From NCBI GenBank assembly GCA_965250005.1, contig OZ252279.1:150001-182000 (forward strand): a stretch of 32,000 nucleotides of DNA, read 5' to 3'. The notes beneath the pieces are model-generated. The model searched no databases, had not been told where the DNA came from, and saw nothing but the letters and a program-made list of their open reading frames with translations. The position numbers were made by a program, and so were the translations under genes. Of the stretch, positions 1 through 8,227 are shown piece after piece (within the stretch, counting starts at the first letter, position 1; every line of letters starts with the position of its first letter). This DNA is from Demequinaceae bacterium (GTDB lineage Bacteria > Actinomycetota > Actinomycetes > Actinomycetales > Demequinaceae).

Positions 1-1
1 G

Positions 2-211
2 TCCAAGGGGCGGCAGGCACCCAAGGGCAAATCGAAGAAGGGCAAGAGTGGCAACCCCGCCAAGCGCGCGCAGCAGGAGGCCGCCGCGGCCCAGCGTGCG
101 GCTGGAGTGGCCGCGCCGGGCAGCGCGTTCGGCATCGGCAAGGACGCGCCTCCGGTGGATGAGGTCCCCGAGATGCCCGAGGGATTCAGCAAGTTTCTGG
201 GACGGAAGTAG
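2..211 (+). CDS. ffh: Signal recognition particle protein Ffh, C-terminal end (5' part outside window)
   Basis: Open frame from position 2 to TAG at 209-211 reads SKGRQAPKGKSKKGKSGNPAKRAQQEAAAAQRAA...PEMPEGFSKFLGRK, a lysine/alanine-rich tail typical of actinobacterial Ffh; position upstream of amidohydrolase/rpsP block agrees. Confidence 0.8.
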   Translation, partial: SKGRQAPKGKSKKGKSGNPAKRAQQEAAAAQRAAGVAAPGSAFGIGKDAPPVDEVPEMPEGFSKFLGRK

Positions 212-216
212 GTCAC

Positions 217-1311
217 GTGGACGCGCCACTGAGGCTTGCCGGAACCGTTGTGGTCAACGGTGAGCGCGAGCTGAGCGAGGCGTGGGTGCTGGGTGGCCGC
301 ATCACTTTCGAGCAGCCCGTCCACTCCGGTCCCGTGGATACGGTCGAAGGGTTTGTCCTGCCCGGCCTGGTGGACGTCCACTGCCACGTTGGCGTGACCA
401 CGGCTGGCGCTACTGAGCCGGACCTCGCCGAGAAGCAGGCGGCGGCGGACCGTGACGCTGGCGTACTTCTCATCCGCGACGCGGGCTCGGCCCTGGACAC
501 CTCGTGGATCAACGAGCGCGATGACCTGCCCCGCATTATTCGCTCTGGCCGGTTCATCGCCAGGCCCATGCGCTACATGCGCAACCTTCCGCGGGAGGTT
601 AAGGACGTCGCAGACCTGCCCGCCGTGGCCGCCGACGAGGCGCGTCGCTCGGACGGCTGGGTCAAGCTGATCGCGGACTGGATCGACCGCGACCTTGGCG
701 ACGCGGGTGACTTGCGCCCGCTCTGGCCAGACGACGTACTCGCGGAGGCGATAGCCGCCGCACAAGCCGAGGGGGCGCGCATAACCGCGCACACGTTCGC
801 CACCGAAGCAGTTGACCCGCTCATCGAGGGCGGCATCGACTGCATCGAGCACGGCACCGGCATGACACCCGAGCAGATCCAACGCGCCGCCTCCATGAGC
901 ATCCCCGTGGTCCCCACGCTGCTCCAGATCGCGCAGTTCGAATCCATTGCAGCTCAGGGCGAAGCCAAGTACCCGGTGTTCGCCGCGCGTATGCGCGGGA
1001 TGCACGCGCGTAGGCACCAGCAGGTGCGCGACTTCCGCGACGCGGGAATCCAGATGTACGTCGGCACGGATGCTGGAGGGAGCATCGGCCACGGGTCGCT
1101 ACCTGAGGAGGCGGCCGAAATGGTCGCTGCGGGTCTGCCTGCGCCGGAGGTAGTCGCGGCGGCGTCGTGGGAGGCGCGCGAGTGGCTCGGAGTGCCCGGA
1201 ATTGAGGAGGGCGCACCCGCGGACGTGGTGGTTTACGCGGGCGACCCGCGCGAGGACATCGCCGTGCTCGCCCGCCCGCTCGCCGTCCTGCTACGCGGCT
1301 CGCGCCACTAG
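217..1311 (+). CDS. Amidohydrolase family protein
   Basis: 364 aa ORF with VEGFVLPGLVDVHCHVG (metal-binding HxH), later HTFATEA, GIDCIEHGTG and YVGTDAGGSIGHGSL motifs of amidohydrolases; GTG start. Confidence 0.87.
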   Translation: MDAPLRLAGTVVVNGERELSEAWVLGGRITFEQPVHSGPVDTVEGFVLPGLVDVHCHVGVTTAGATEPDLAEKQAAADRDAGVLLIRDAGSALDTSWINERDDLPRIIRSGRFIARPMRYMRNLPREVKDVADLPAVAADEARRSDGWVKLIADWIDRDLGDAGDLRPLWPDDVLAEAIAAAQAEGARITAHTFATEAVDPLIEGGIDCIEHGTGMTPEQIQRAASMSIPVVPTLLQIAQFESIAAQGEAKYPVFAARMRGMHARRHQQVRDFRDAGIQMYVGTDAGGSIGHGSLPEEAAEMVAAGLPAPEVVAAASWEAREWLGVPGIEEGAPADVVVYAGDPREDIAVLARPLAVLLRGSRH

Positions 1312-1382
1312 CGCGGGGCCCGCGTGTCAATGCGTTTCGCCAAACGCTAGACGTGGGCGGCGAAATCGCGCAGAGTGGACCC

Positions 1383-2747
1383 ATGCCAACCGACACCACC
1401 GTCGCACCTGCACGCCAGAAGCAAGCGAAGAAGCGCTCATGGTGGCGCGACTCCGTCGAAGCGGCAGCCTGGTTCACGGGCGCCATCACCGTCGCGTTCT
1501 TTTTCCACAGCGGGGGAGCGCAGCTCACGTCTACGACCGACGCGATCAGCTCGCTCGGTCGCCTGCTGGGGCTGACAGCCGCGAGCATGGTCATGGTTCA
1601 GCTGATCCTGATCTCGCGCTCTCCGTGGGTGGAAAAGGCGTTCGGCCACGACCGCATGGCCAAACTGCATACGCGCATGGGCAAGCTCGCGTTCGTATTC
1701 ATGGTGGCGCACCTGACGATCATCATCCTTGCGCACTCGATCTACGAGAGCACCAGCTACATCGGGCATTTCGTTGAGATCTTCACGGAATCCTGGTTCA
1801 TGCGGTGGGCGATCCTGGGCGTGGGAATCTTTTTTGTCACCGTGGGCATCTCGCTGTCGCGTATCCGCCCGCGCTGGAAGTACCAGAACTGGCATGCCGT
1901 GCACCTCTTCATGTACGTGGCGATCGCGCTGGTCATCCCACACCAATTCCTCGAAGGGTCCACGTTCCGCGGCTTCGGAGTCGCGTGGTTCTGGTGGCTC
2001 GGGCTGTACATCTTTTCGATCGGCTCGTTCCTCCTGTTCCGCCTGGTGGTCCCGCTGGTGAACTACGGCCGACGCGGCCTGACCGTCACTTCCGTGGACA
2101 CCCTCGCCGACGGCAGCACTTCCGTGGTGATGACAGGCCGCAACGCCGGTGACATGCAGGCGAGCGCGGGCCAGTTCTTCCTGTGGCGCTTCATGGCCAA
2201 GGGATTCTGGCGCGAGGCACATCCCTACTCGCTGTCACGCACACCGGATGGCTCCACGTTCCGTATCACCGTCAAGCCCTCGGGCGACGGCTCCACCAAG
2301 ATGGCCGCTCTCAAGCCCGGCACGCGCGTCATGGCCGAGGGCCCGCTCGGCGTCTTCTCCGATGCCGCGCGAGTGGGCAACCGACTGGCGCTTATGGCCG
2401 CCGGCATCGGCATCACGCCCATCCGCGCGATGCTCGAGGACGTCACCGAGGGTGACCCGGTGACCGTGATCGTGCGGGCGCGCTCGCTCAAGGAGGCGCC
2501 GCTGCTGGACGAGGTCAAGGAGCTCGCCAAAGCCAAGGGCGCCGACCTGCACGTGTTCGTCGGATCGCGCGGCGAGAACTGGTCCACTGCAGAGGAGCAC
2601 GCGACGCTCACCGACCTCATCAAAGATGTGGCATCCGCCGACGTGTTCGTGTGCGGCCCCGTGGCCTGGGCCAAGCAGGTCGAGGCCGAAGCACTGTGGG
2701 CCGGCGTTCCCGCCGAGGCCATCCACCGCGAAGAATTCGCCTGGTAG
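1383..2747 (+). CDS. Ferric reductase-like transmembrane protein with FAD/NAD(P)-binding oxidoreductase domain (paralog 1)
   Basis: ORF open from GTG 1353; ATG at 1383 in frame. Multiple TM segments with conserved His (HDRMAKLHTRMGKLAFVFMVAHL, NWHAVHLF, PHQF), then GQFFLWRF, HPYSLS, GPLGVFS, AAGIGITPIRAMLED, VFVCGPVAW. Confidence 0.87.
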   Translation: MPTDTTVAPARQKQAKKRSWWRDSVEAAAWFTGAITVAFFFHSGGAQLTSTTDAISSLGRLLGLTAASMVMVQLILISRSPWVEKAFGHDRMAKLHTRMGKLAFVFMVAHLTIIILAHSIYESTSYIGHFVEIFTESWFMRWAILGVGIFFVTVGISLSRIRPRWKYQNWHAVHLFMYVAIALVIPHQFLEGSTFRGFGVAWFWWLGLYIFSIGSFLLFRLVVPLVNYGRRGLTVTSVDTLADGSTSVVMTGRNAGDMQASAGQFFLWRFMAKGFWREAHPYSLSRTPDGSTFRITVKPSGDGSTKMAALKPGTRVMAEGPLGVFSDAARVGNRLALMAAGIGITPIRAMLEDVTEGDPVTVIVRARSLKEAPLLDEVKELAKAKGADLHVFVGSRGENWSTAEEHATLTDLIKDVASADVFVCGPVAWAKQVEAEALWAGVPAEAIHREEFAW

Positions 2748-2755
2748 GGGCAGAC

Positions 2756-3154
2756 ATGAAGAAACAACGCGCAATCGTCGTGGGCGGAGCCGCCGCCGTC
2801 ATCATGGGATCCGGGCTGGTGAGCGCCCCCGAGCTGGGCTCCGTGAACATCGCGGACCCAGGCGGCAGCGCCGACGGCGACGTCTTTGTGGGCCCCCAGG
2901 TGGAGACCGTTAAGGGTCCCACCCAGGTTCAGATCGTGGTGATCGACGGCGTCGTCACCGACGTCCAGGTGCTCAAGGTAGGTAGCCAGGCAGCGGAGTC
3001 GGTGCGCGTCAACGCGTTCGCCGTCCCTGAGTTGGTTCAGAAAGTGCTCGAGGCGCAGGACTGGGACGTCGACCACGTCAGCGGCTCCTCATTCACGTCG
3101 CCAGCATTCGTGGAGTCCGTTCACGGAGCCTTCGTAGAGGCCGGACTCGCTTAG
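2756..3154 (+). CDS. Exported small FMN-binding domain protein (copy 1)
   Basis: MKKQRAIVVGGAAAVIMGSGLVS signal/anchor, then FVGPQVETVKGPTQVQIVVIDGVVTDVQVL...VPELVQKVLEAQDWDVDHVSGSSFTSPAFVESVHGAFVEAG, matching the FMN_bind family pattern with an SGxSxT-type flavinylation site. Confidence 0.82.
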   Translation: MKKQRAIVVGGAAAVIMGSGLVSAPELGSVNIADPGGSADGDVFVGPQVETVKGPTQVQIVVIDGVVTDVQVLKVGSQAAESVRVNAFAVPELVQKVLEAQDWDVDHVSGSSFTSPAFVESVHGAFVEAGLA

Positions 3155-3182
3155 CGACTCCGCATCCGGACCCGCGCCGCTC

Positions 3183-4031
3183 ATGGCACGGGAGGACCAA
3201 GACGTGCCAGGTGCATTGCCCGGAGTATTCAGACGAACCGTGCACGCAATGGCCATGCCATTCACCATTGAGGTGAGGCGCACGTCCAGCCGCGAAGAGG
3301 ACGAACTTGAACTGGATTGCGCGGTCGAGGCCATCCACGGAGACCTCCTGTGGGCCGACAGTGTTTTTAGCATGTGGCAGGACGAGTCGCCCGTGTCACG
3401 GCTCGCGCGCGGGGAAATCACACTGGACGATTGCCCGCCCGCAGTCGCGGAAGTCTTTGAGGCGTGCGATCAATACTGGAAGAACACGGGAGGCGCATTT
3501 GACGCCCGCAGGCCCGACGGCGCCGTGGATCCCACAGGTCTGGTCAAAACGTGGGCGGTGGCGCGCGCCACCTGGCGGCTCGCCCACGCGGGCGCGATCG
3601 ACTGGATGATCGGCGCCTCTGGAGACGTGATTGCCGAGGGGACCGCGCCGGGTGGCAGGCCATGGCGCATCGGAATCGCGGACCCCCGCCAGACGGGAGA
3701 TCCCGCGCGTGGCAAGGTGGTCGACGTTGTCGCGCTCACGGGGGACCGGCGCGCGCTATGCACGTCCGGCACCGCGCAGCACGGCGAACACATCTGGAAC
3801 ACCGACGGCACCATGGAGGCGCGCTACGCGCAGGCGAGCGTGGTGGGGCCAGACCTGGTCGCGTGCGACGCGTGGGCGACGGCCATCGTTGCCGGCGGAG
3901 AACCGACAGCCCTCGCGGCCCAGCGGGCGGGGTTTGATGTGCTGTGCATCTCGCCGCTTACTAGCGACGATCCGGTTGAAACGCTCGACGCGTTCGCCAG
4001 CCCCGGCTGGCCCAGCTCGCCGCCGGAGTAA
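3183..4031 (+). CDS. apbE: FAD:protein FMN transferase (ApbE family)
   Basis: 282 aa ORF; HAMAMPFTIEV near N-term (ApbE 'MGTxxxI' region), FDARRPDGAVDPTGLVKTWAVARA, IGASGDVIAEG, ALCTSGTAQHGEHIWNTDGTM, VVGPDLVACDAWATAIVAGG. Start codon uncertain (in-frame ATG at 3249). Confidence 0.83.
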   Translation: MAREDQDVPGALPGVFRRTVHAMAMPFTIEVRRTSSREEDELELDCAVEAIHGDLLWADSVFSMWQDESPVSRLARGEITLDDCPPAVAEVFEACDQYWKNTGGAFDARRPDGAVDPTGLVKTWAVARATWRLAHAGAIDWMIGASGDVIAEGTAPGGRPWRIGIADPRQTGDPARGKVVDVVALTGDRRALCTSGTAQHGEHIWNTDGTMEARYAQASVVGPDLVACDAWATAIVAGGEPTALAAQRAGFDVLCISPLTSDDPVETLDAFASPGWPSSPPE

Positions 4032-4096
4032 TTCGCACTCGTCACTGTCGCCGGATGCTGAGAAACCTCTCAGAATTCGTTTCGCAGACTGGTCAC

Positions 4097-5500
4097 ATGA
4101 CCACTACGATCTCCCCGACGCGGCAAACCGCCACGTCTTATCAGTACTCCGAGCGCCTACGCCGCAAGCGCCGCGCCTCGCGCCTGTCGCTCTGGAGGGA
4201 CGGGCTGCTGTCGGCTGCGTGGCTCTCGGTGATCGGCGGGCTTGCCTTCTTCCTCGCGAGCGGCGCGATGCGCTGGAGCGTCCAGACGGACATGCTCAAT
4301 GCGTTCGGCCGCTTCACGGCCATCATTGCCACGACGCTGATATTGATCCAGGTGGTGCTCGTGTCCCGCGCCCCGTGGGTGGAGCGAGCGCTGGGTCACG
4401 ACAAGGCCGCCAAACTGCACTCCTCGCTTGGCGAGCCCATCTTCTACCTGCTCATCGCGCACGCGGCGTTACTGACCGTGGGGTGGGGTGCCCCGCAGGG
4501 CCGCGACTTTCTCGAGCAGACCATGTACTTCTACAACAGGTTCCCCAACATTGCGTTGTCAATCGCGGGCCTCGCGCTGTTCCTCATCGTCGCCGTGACG
4601 TCCGTGACCGCGGTGCGCCGTCGCTGGCCCTACGAGACCTGGCACGTGATCCACCTACTCACGTACGGTGCGATCGCGATGTCCGTGCCGCACCAGTTCT
4701 ACGACGGCTCGACGTTCCGGGCAAACCAGGCCGCCACCTGGTACTGGATCGGGCTGTATGTGGTCGCATTCGGGTCGCTACTCGCGTGGCGCGTGGTTGC
4801 GCCCATGTGGAGGGCCGCCAAACACCGGCTGCGTGTCAGTGAGGTTGAGCGTCACGACGACGGGACGGTCTCCGTCACCATCTCGGGCCGCAAACTCGAC
4901 GAGTGGGACGCGCGTGCCGGGCAGTTCTTCCTGTGGCGATTCGCTACCGCGGACCTATGGCTCACCTCCCATCCGTATTCTTTGTCCGCTGCACCCGATG
5001 GCCGCACGCTGCGCATCACCGTCAAGCCGCTCGGCGACGACTCGGCTGTGCTCAGCGGCGTGCGCCCTGGCACGCGAGTGATGGCGGCCGGGCCGTTCGG
5101 CCGGTTCTCGCACCACGCGCGAACAGGCGAGGGCCTGGTGCTGGTGGGTGCGGGCATCGGAGTGACGCCCATTCGCGCGATGCTGGAAGATCCCGAAGTG
5201 ATGTCGGGGCCGTGCACTGTCATCATCCGTGCGCGCTCGGTGCGCGAGGCGCCGCTGATCAGCGAACTCCGCGAACTGGCCGAGCAGCGCGGCGCAAACT
5301 TCCATCTGCTCGTCGGGCCGCGCGGCTCGGGCTGGTCCACGCAGGAGGGTCCTGAGTCGCTTGACGCACTTGTGCCAGACCTTCCGACTGCGGATGTGTT
5401 TGTTTGCGGCCCCGAAGCGTGGTCCGGCGAGGTCGCCCGCGACGCACTCGAATGCGGCGTGCCGTCCGGGGCGATCCACGTCGAAGAGTACGCATGGTGA
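4097..5500 (+). CDS. Ferric reductase-like transmembrane protein with FAD/NAD(P)-binding oxidoreductase domain (paralog 2)
   Basis: ORF open from ATG 4055; ATG 4097 gives MTTTISPTRQT... Conserved with paralog 1: [S/A]PWVE+A[FL]GHD[RK]xAKLH, TWHVIHLLTYGAIAMSVPHQFYDGSTF, GQFFLWRF, HPYSLSAAPDGRTLRITVKPLGD, GAGIGVTPIRAMLEDPE, VFVCGPEAW, C-terminus EEYAW. Confidence 0.87.
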   Translation: MTTTISPTRQTATSYQYSERLRRKRRASRLSLWRDGLLSAAWLSVIGGLAFFLASGAMRWSVQTDMLNAFGRFTAIIATTLILIQVVLVSRAPWVERALGHDKAAKLHSSLGEPIFYLLIAHAALLTVGWGAPQGRDFLEQTMYFYNRFPNIALSIAGLALFLIVAVTSVTAVRRRWPYETWHVIHLLTYGAIAMSVPHQFYDGSTFRANQAATWYWIGLYVVAFGSLLAWRVVAPMWRAAKHRLRVSEVERHDDGTVSVTISGRKLDEWDARAGQFFLWRFATADLWLTSHPYSLSAAPDGRTLRITVKPLGDDSAVLSGVRPGTRVMAAGPFGRFSHHARTGEGLVLVGAGIGVTPIRAMLEDPEVMSGPCTVIIRARSVREAPLISELRELAEQRGANFHLLVGPRGSGWSTQEGPESLDALVPDLPTADVFVCGPEAWSGEVARDALECGVPSGAIHVEEYAW

Positions 5501-5510
5501 GGGGATGCGC

Positions 5511-6038
5511 ATGAAGCCATCTCGAACAGTCCTCGCGCTGGGTGCCGGCGCGACCATGCTCGCCGCAGGCTGGAAGACTGGCGCGGCCCCGCTGCCCCCG
5601 TCGGAGTTTTTGACACGAGTTGATGGCATCGTCCTCGAACCCGCCGTTGAACCGTCTCCGGGGGCGTCCGTGGCGCCGACGCCCGGCGCGGACGCGTTGC
5701 CGAAGACAGCCGTCGCCGAGGCTGCGCCCGAGCCACCGCCACCCGCGCCGCCGGCCGGTCCAACTGGCACGTTCATTGGCCCGGCTGTCAACACCGAGTG
5801 GGGCAAGATGCAGGTGCAGATTGTCGTGAACGATGGCCGCATCGTCGACGTCAAGCCACTGATCATTGGCACGAACAACTCCGAGTCGATTTCGATCAAC
5901 AGCAAGGCCGTTCCCAAACTTGAGCAAAAGGTGCTGAGCGCGCAGACGTGGAACGTTGGCTACGTCTCCGGTGCGAGCTCCACGAGCATGGGCTACACGC
6001 AGTCCGTCAGGGGCGCGATGACCACCGCAGGCATTTAG
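5511..6038 (+). CDS. Exported FMN-binding domain protein (copy 2) with Pro/Ala-rich linker
   Basis: MKPSRTVLALGAGATMLAAGWKTGAAP signal, PEPPPPAPPAGP linker, then GPAVNTEWGKMQVQIVVNDGRIVDVKPL...VPKLEQKVLSAQTWNVGYVSGASSTSMGYTQSVRGAMTTAG. An alternative ATG lies at 5505. Confidence 0.82.
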   Translation: MKPSRTVLALGAGATMLAAGWKTGAAPLPPSEFLTRVDGIVLEPAVEPSPGASVAPTPGADALPKTAVAEAAPEPPPPAPPAGPTGTFIGPAVNTEWGKMQVQIVVNDGRIVDVKPLIIGTNNSESISINSKAVPKLEQKVLSAQTWNVGYVSGASSTSMGYTQSVRGAMTTAGI

Positions 6039-6093
6039 CGCCGGGTGACTTTGGTCCCGTGTGACGCCGCGGGGCGAGGCGCACCATGGGAGA

Positions 6094-6738
6094 GTGTCGA
6101 CAGTTGCGCGCACGCGCGCCTTCGCCACCGTCACCGCGGTGGGAGTCGCTCTCGCGCTCGGAGCCTGCACGAACGGCGACACGACGTCGCCGCAGGTCCA
6201 GGTCACGGTGACCGTCGCGCCGTTCCCGACGGACGCATCGGCTACTACTCCTGCCGCCACGTCCGCCGTCACTCCTCCACCTCCTCCGCCCGAACCCGAG
6301 CCGGTGCACATCTACACCTACGGAGACGAATGGGCGCTCGCGCCCGAGACCGAGGCGCGCGGGTCCGGCTGCTCCCCGGGCGGCGGAGCCCTCCCCGATG
6401 GGGCGTGGTTTGGGTTCGCCCACACGTGGTCGGCGTCCCAGTTTAGTTTTGACCTCGCCTGCTGGTGGTCTGGTGCTCGGGCGCACCAGGAGGGCCTGGA
6501 CGACGGGTTCGAGGACGCGTACGACTTCTACATCACGAACGACAATCCCACGCTGCGCACGGTGCCCGTCGGGGGAAACGTTCCGGCGCGCAAGGCCGGG
6601 TGGGAGGACGGCTTGTTTACGCTCACCCAGGTGATCGCGGACCCCGGAGGATCGCTGCCTACCAACCACCCGTACCCGGTATGGATCTACATCAATGGCG
6701 GAGAGATCACCGAGATCGCAGTCCAGTACGTTCCGTAG
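6094..6738 (+). CDS. Putative lipoprotein of unknown function
   Basis: GTG at 6094 behind GGGAGA; reads STVARTRAFATVTAVGVALALGACTNGD (lipobox ALGAC), Thr/Pro-rich linker, then a globular domain with no family recognised by eye. Confidence 0.65.
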   Translation: MSTVARTRAFATVTAVGVALALGACTNGDTTSPQVQVTVTVAPFPTDASATTPAATSAVTPPPPPPEPEPVHIYTYGDEWALAPETEARGSGCSPGGGALPDGAWFGFAHTWSASQFSFDLACWWSGARAHQEGLDDGFEDAYDFYITNDNPTLRTVPVGGNVPARKAGWEDGLFTLTQVIADPGGSLPTNHPYPVWIYINGGEITEIAVQYVP

Positions 6739-6767
6739 GCCTCGCGTAGCGCGACCGCACGGAAGTC

Positions 6768-6786
6768 TGGCAGAATAGGCGGTTGG
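6768..6786 (+). promoter_or_regulatory. Candidate promoter -10/discriminator element upstream of rpsP
   Basis: TGGCAGAATAGGCGGTTGG; 17/19 identical to the element at 8932-8950 upstream of rplS; CAGAAT resembles a -10 hexamer. Confidence 0.45.
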
Positions 6787-6895
6787 CGACCCGCGGCCCT
6801 CTATCCGCGCTAGCTATTCGTCTTGCCAGCAGCATCGTCCGATATCCCCGGATGGCGCGGGCCGGCTCATACCGAATACAAGGAGCACTACCAGC

Positions 6896-7426
6896 ATGGC
6901 CGTAAAGATCCGTTTGAAGCGTTTTGGCAAGAAGAAGGCCCCGTTCTACCGTGTGGTAGTCCTGGACGGCCGCACCAAACGTGATGGTCGCGCGATCGAA
7001 GAGATCGGCATCTACCACCCCCTGAACGACCCCTCGGTCATCGAGATCGACGGCGAGCGCGCTCGCTACTGGCTCTCGGTTGGCGCGCAGCCATCGGACC
7101 AGGTCCGCAAGCTGCTCACGCTCACCGGCGACTGGGGCATCTTCAAGGGCGAAAAGGGTGCCAAGAGCACCGTTGAGGCACAGGCCGACAAGCTCTCCCC
7201 CGAGGAGCGCATCAAGGAAACCGCCATTGCAGCCGAGAAGGCCAAGGCCCTCAAGGCTGCCGAGCGCGAAGTCGCCGCCAAGAAGTCCGCCGACGAAGCC
7301 GCTGCTGCCAAGAAGGAGGCCGCCGAGAAAGCCGCTGCCGAGAAGGACGCTGCCGAGGCACCTGCTGTTGAAGCGAGTCCCGAGGCCGACGCAGCTCCTG
7401 CTGCTGCCGACGAAGAGGCGAAGTAA
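6896..7426 (+). CDS. rpsP: 30S ribosomal protein S16 with extended Ala/Lys/Glu-rich C-terminus
   Basis: [46 protein letters not shown]..., classic bS16; preceded by AAGGAG; order rpsP-KH-rimM-trmD. Confidence 0.97.
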   Translation: MAVKIRLKRFGKKKAPFYRVVVLDGRTKRDGRAIEEIGIYHPLNDPSVIEIDGERARYWLSVGAQPSDQVRKLLTLTGDWGIFKGEKGAKSTVEAQADKLSPEERIKETAIAAEKAKALKAAEREVAAKKSADEAAAAKKEAAEKAAAEKDAAEAPAVEASPEADAAPAAADEEAK

Positions 7427-7428
7427 CC

Positions 7429-7665
7429 GTGATCCTCGACGCGCTCGAGTACTTGGTCAGGAGCATCGTCCGCAACCCGGAAGATGTTCGCGTGTCCGAG
7501 CGCTCGGGCCGTCGTGGGCCCACCCTCAACGTGGTGGTTCACCCCGACGATCTCCCGCGCGTCATTGGCCGCCGCGGCCGCACCGCTGACGCGCTGCGCA
7601 CCGTGATCGACGCGGTCGCACGCGAAGAGACGCACGTCAACATCGTGGACGTCGCGCCTCGCTAG
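7429..7665 (+). CDS. khpA: RNA-binding KH domain protein (KhpA/YlqC type)
   Basis: MILDALEYLVRSIVRNPEDVRV...VVHPDDLPRVIGRRGRTADALRTVIDAVA with GxxG-type KH motif; between rpsP and rimM. Confidence 0.9.
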   Translation: MILDALEYLVRSIVRNPEDVRVSERSGRRGPTLNVVVHPDDLPRVIGRRGRTADALRTVIDAVAREETHVNIVDVAPR

Positions 7666-7684
7666 CGAGGCGCACAATGGCGCG

Positions 7685-8227
7685 ATGCAGCTGACGGTCG
7701 CCCGCATCGGCCGCGCTCAAGGGTTGCGCGGCGAAGTCTCTGTTGAGGCTCATACTGACATTCCCGAGGACCGCTTTGCACCCGGGGAGGTTCTCGCCAC
7801 CGATCCCACCGACGCCGGCCCCCTGACTGTTGCGCGCTCGCGCACCCAGGGCGGGCGCTGGTACCTCACGTTTGACGGCGTCGATGCGCGTGAGGCTGCC
7901 GAAGGCCTCCGCGGAGTGCTCCTCACTGTGGACGAGGAAGAGTCCGACGAGGACGACGCCTGGTATCTGCACGAGATTGTCGGGCTGCGCGTTGAGCGTC
8001 CTACCGGCGAGCTCATTGGCGAGGTCATCGGCCTCGACCACCTTCCCGGTCACGACATGCTCGTGGTCAAGGAGCCCAACGGTAATCGCGCGATGATTCC
8101 GTTCGTGGAAGAGCTGGTGCCCGAGGTCGACGTCAAGGCTGGCCGCGTGATCGCCGACCCGCCGTACGGACTTCTTGACGGCGAGGCCCAGGAAAACACC
8201 GGCGAAACCGCGGGAGCCGGTTCTTGA
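7685..8227 (+). CDS. rimM: Ribosome maturation factor RimM
   Basis: [25 protein letters not shown]...; PRC-barrel region [47 protein letters not shown]. Confidence 0.95.
   Translation: MQLTVARIGRAQGLRGEVSVEAHTDIPEDRFAPGEVLATDPTDAGPLTVARSRTQGGRWYLTFDGVDAREAAEGLRGVLLTVDEEESDEDDAWYLHEIVGLRVERPTGELIGEVIGLDHLPGHDMLVVKEPNGNRAMIPFVEELVPEVDVKAGRVIADPPYGLLDGEAQENTGETAGAGS

Noticed and set aside
3631-4842. 403-aa plus-strand ORF spanning apbE and the second reductase
   Set aside because: It is Arg/Pro/Ala-rich, crosses two well-supported genes in another frame, and has no domain signature.
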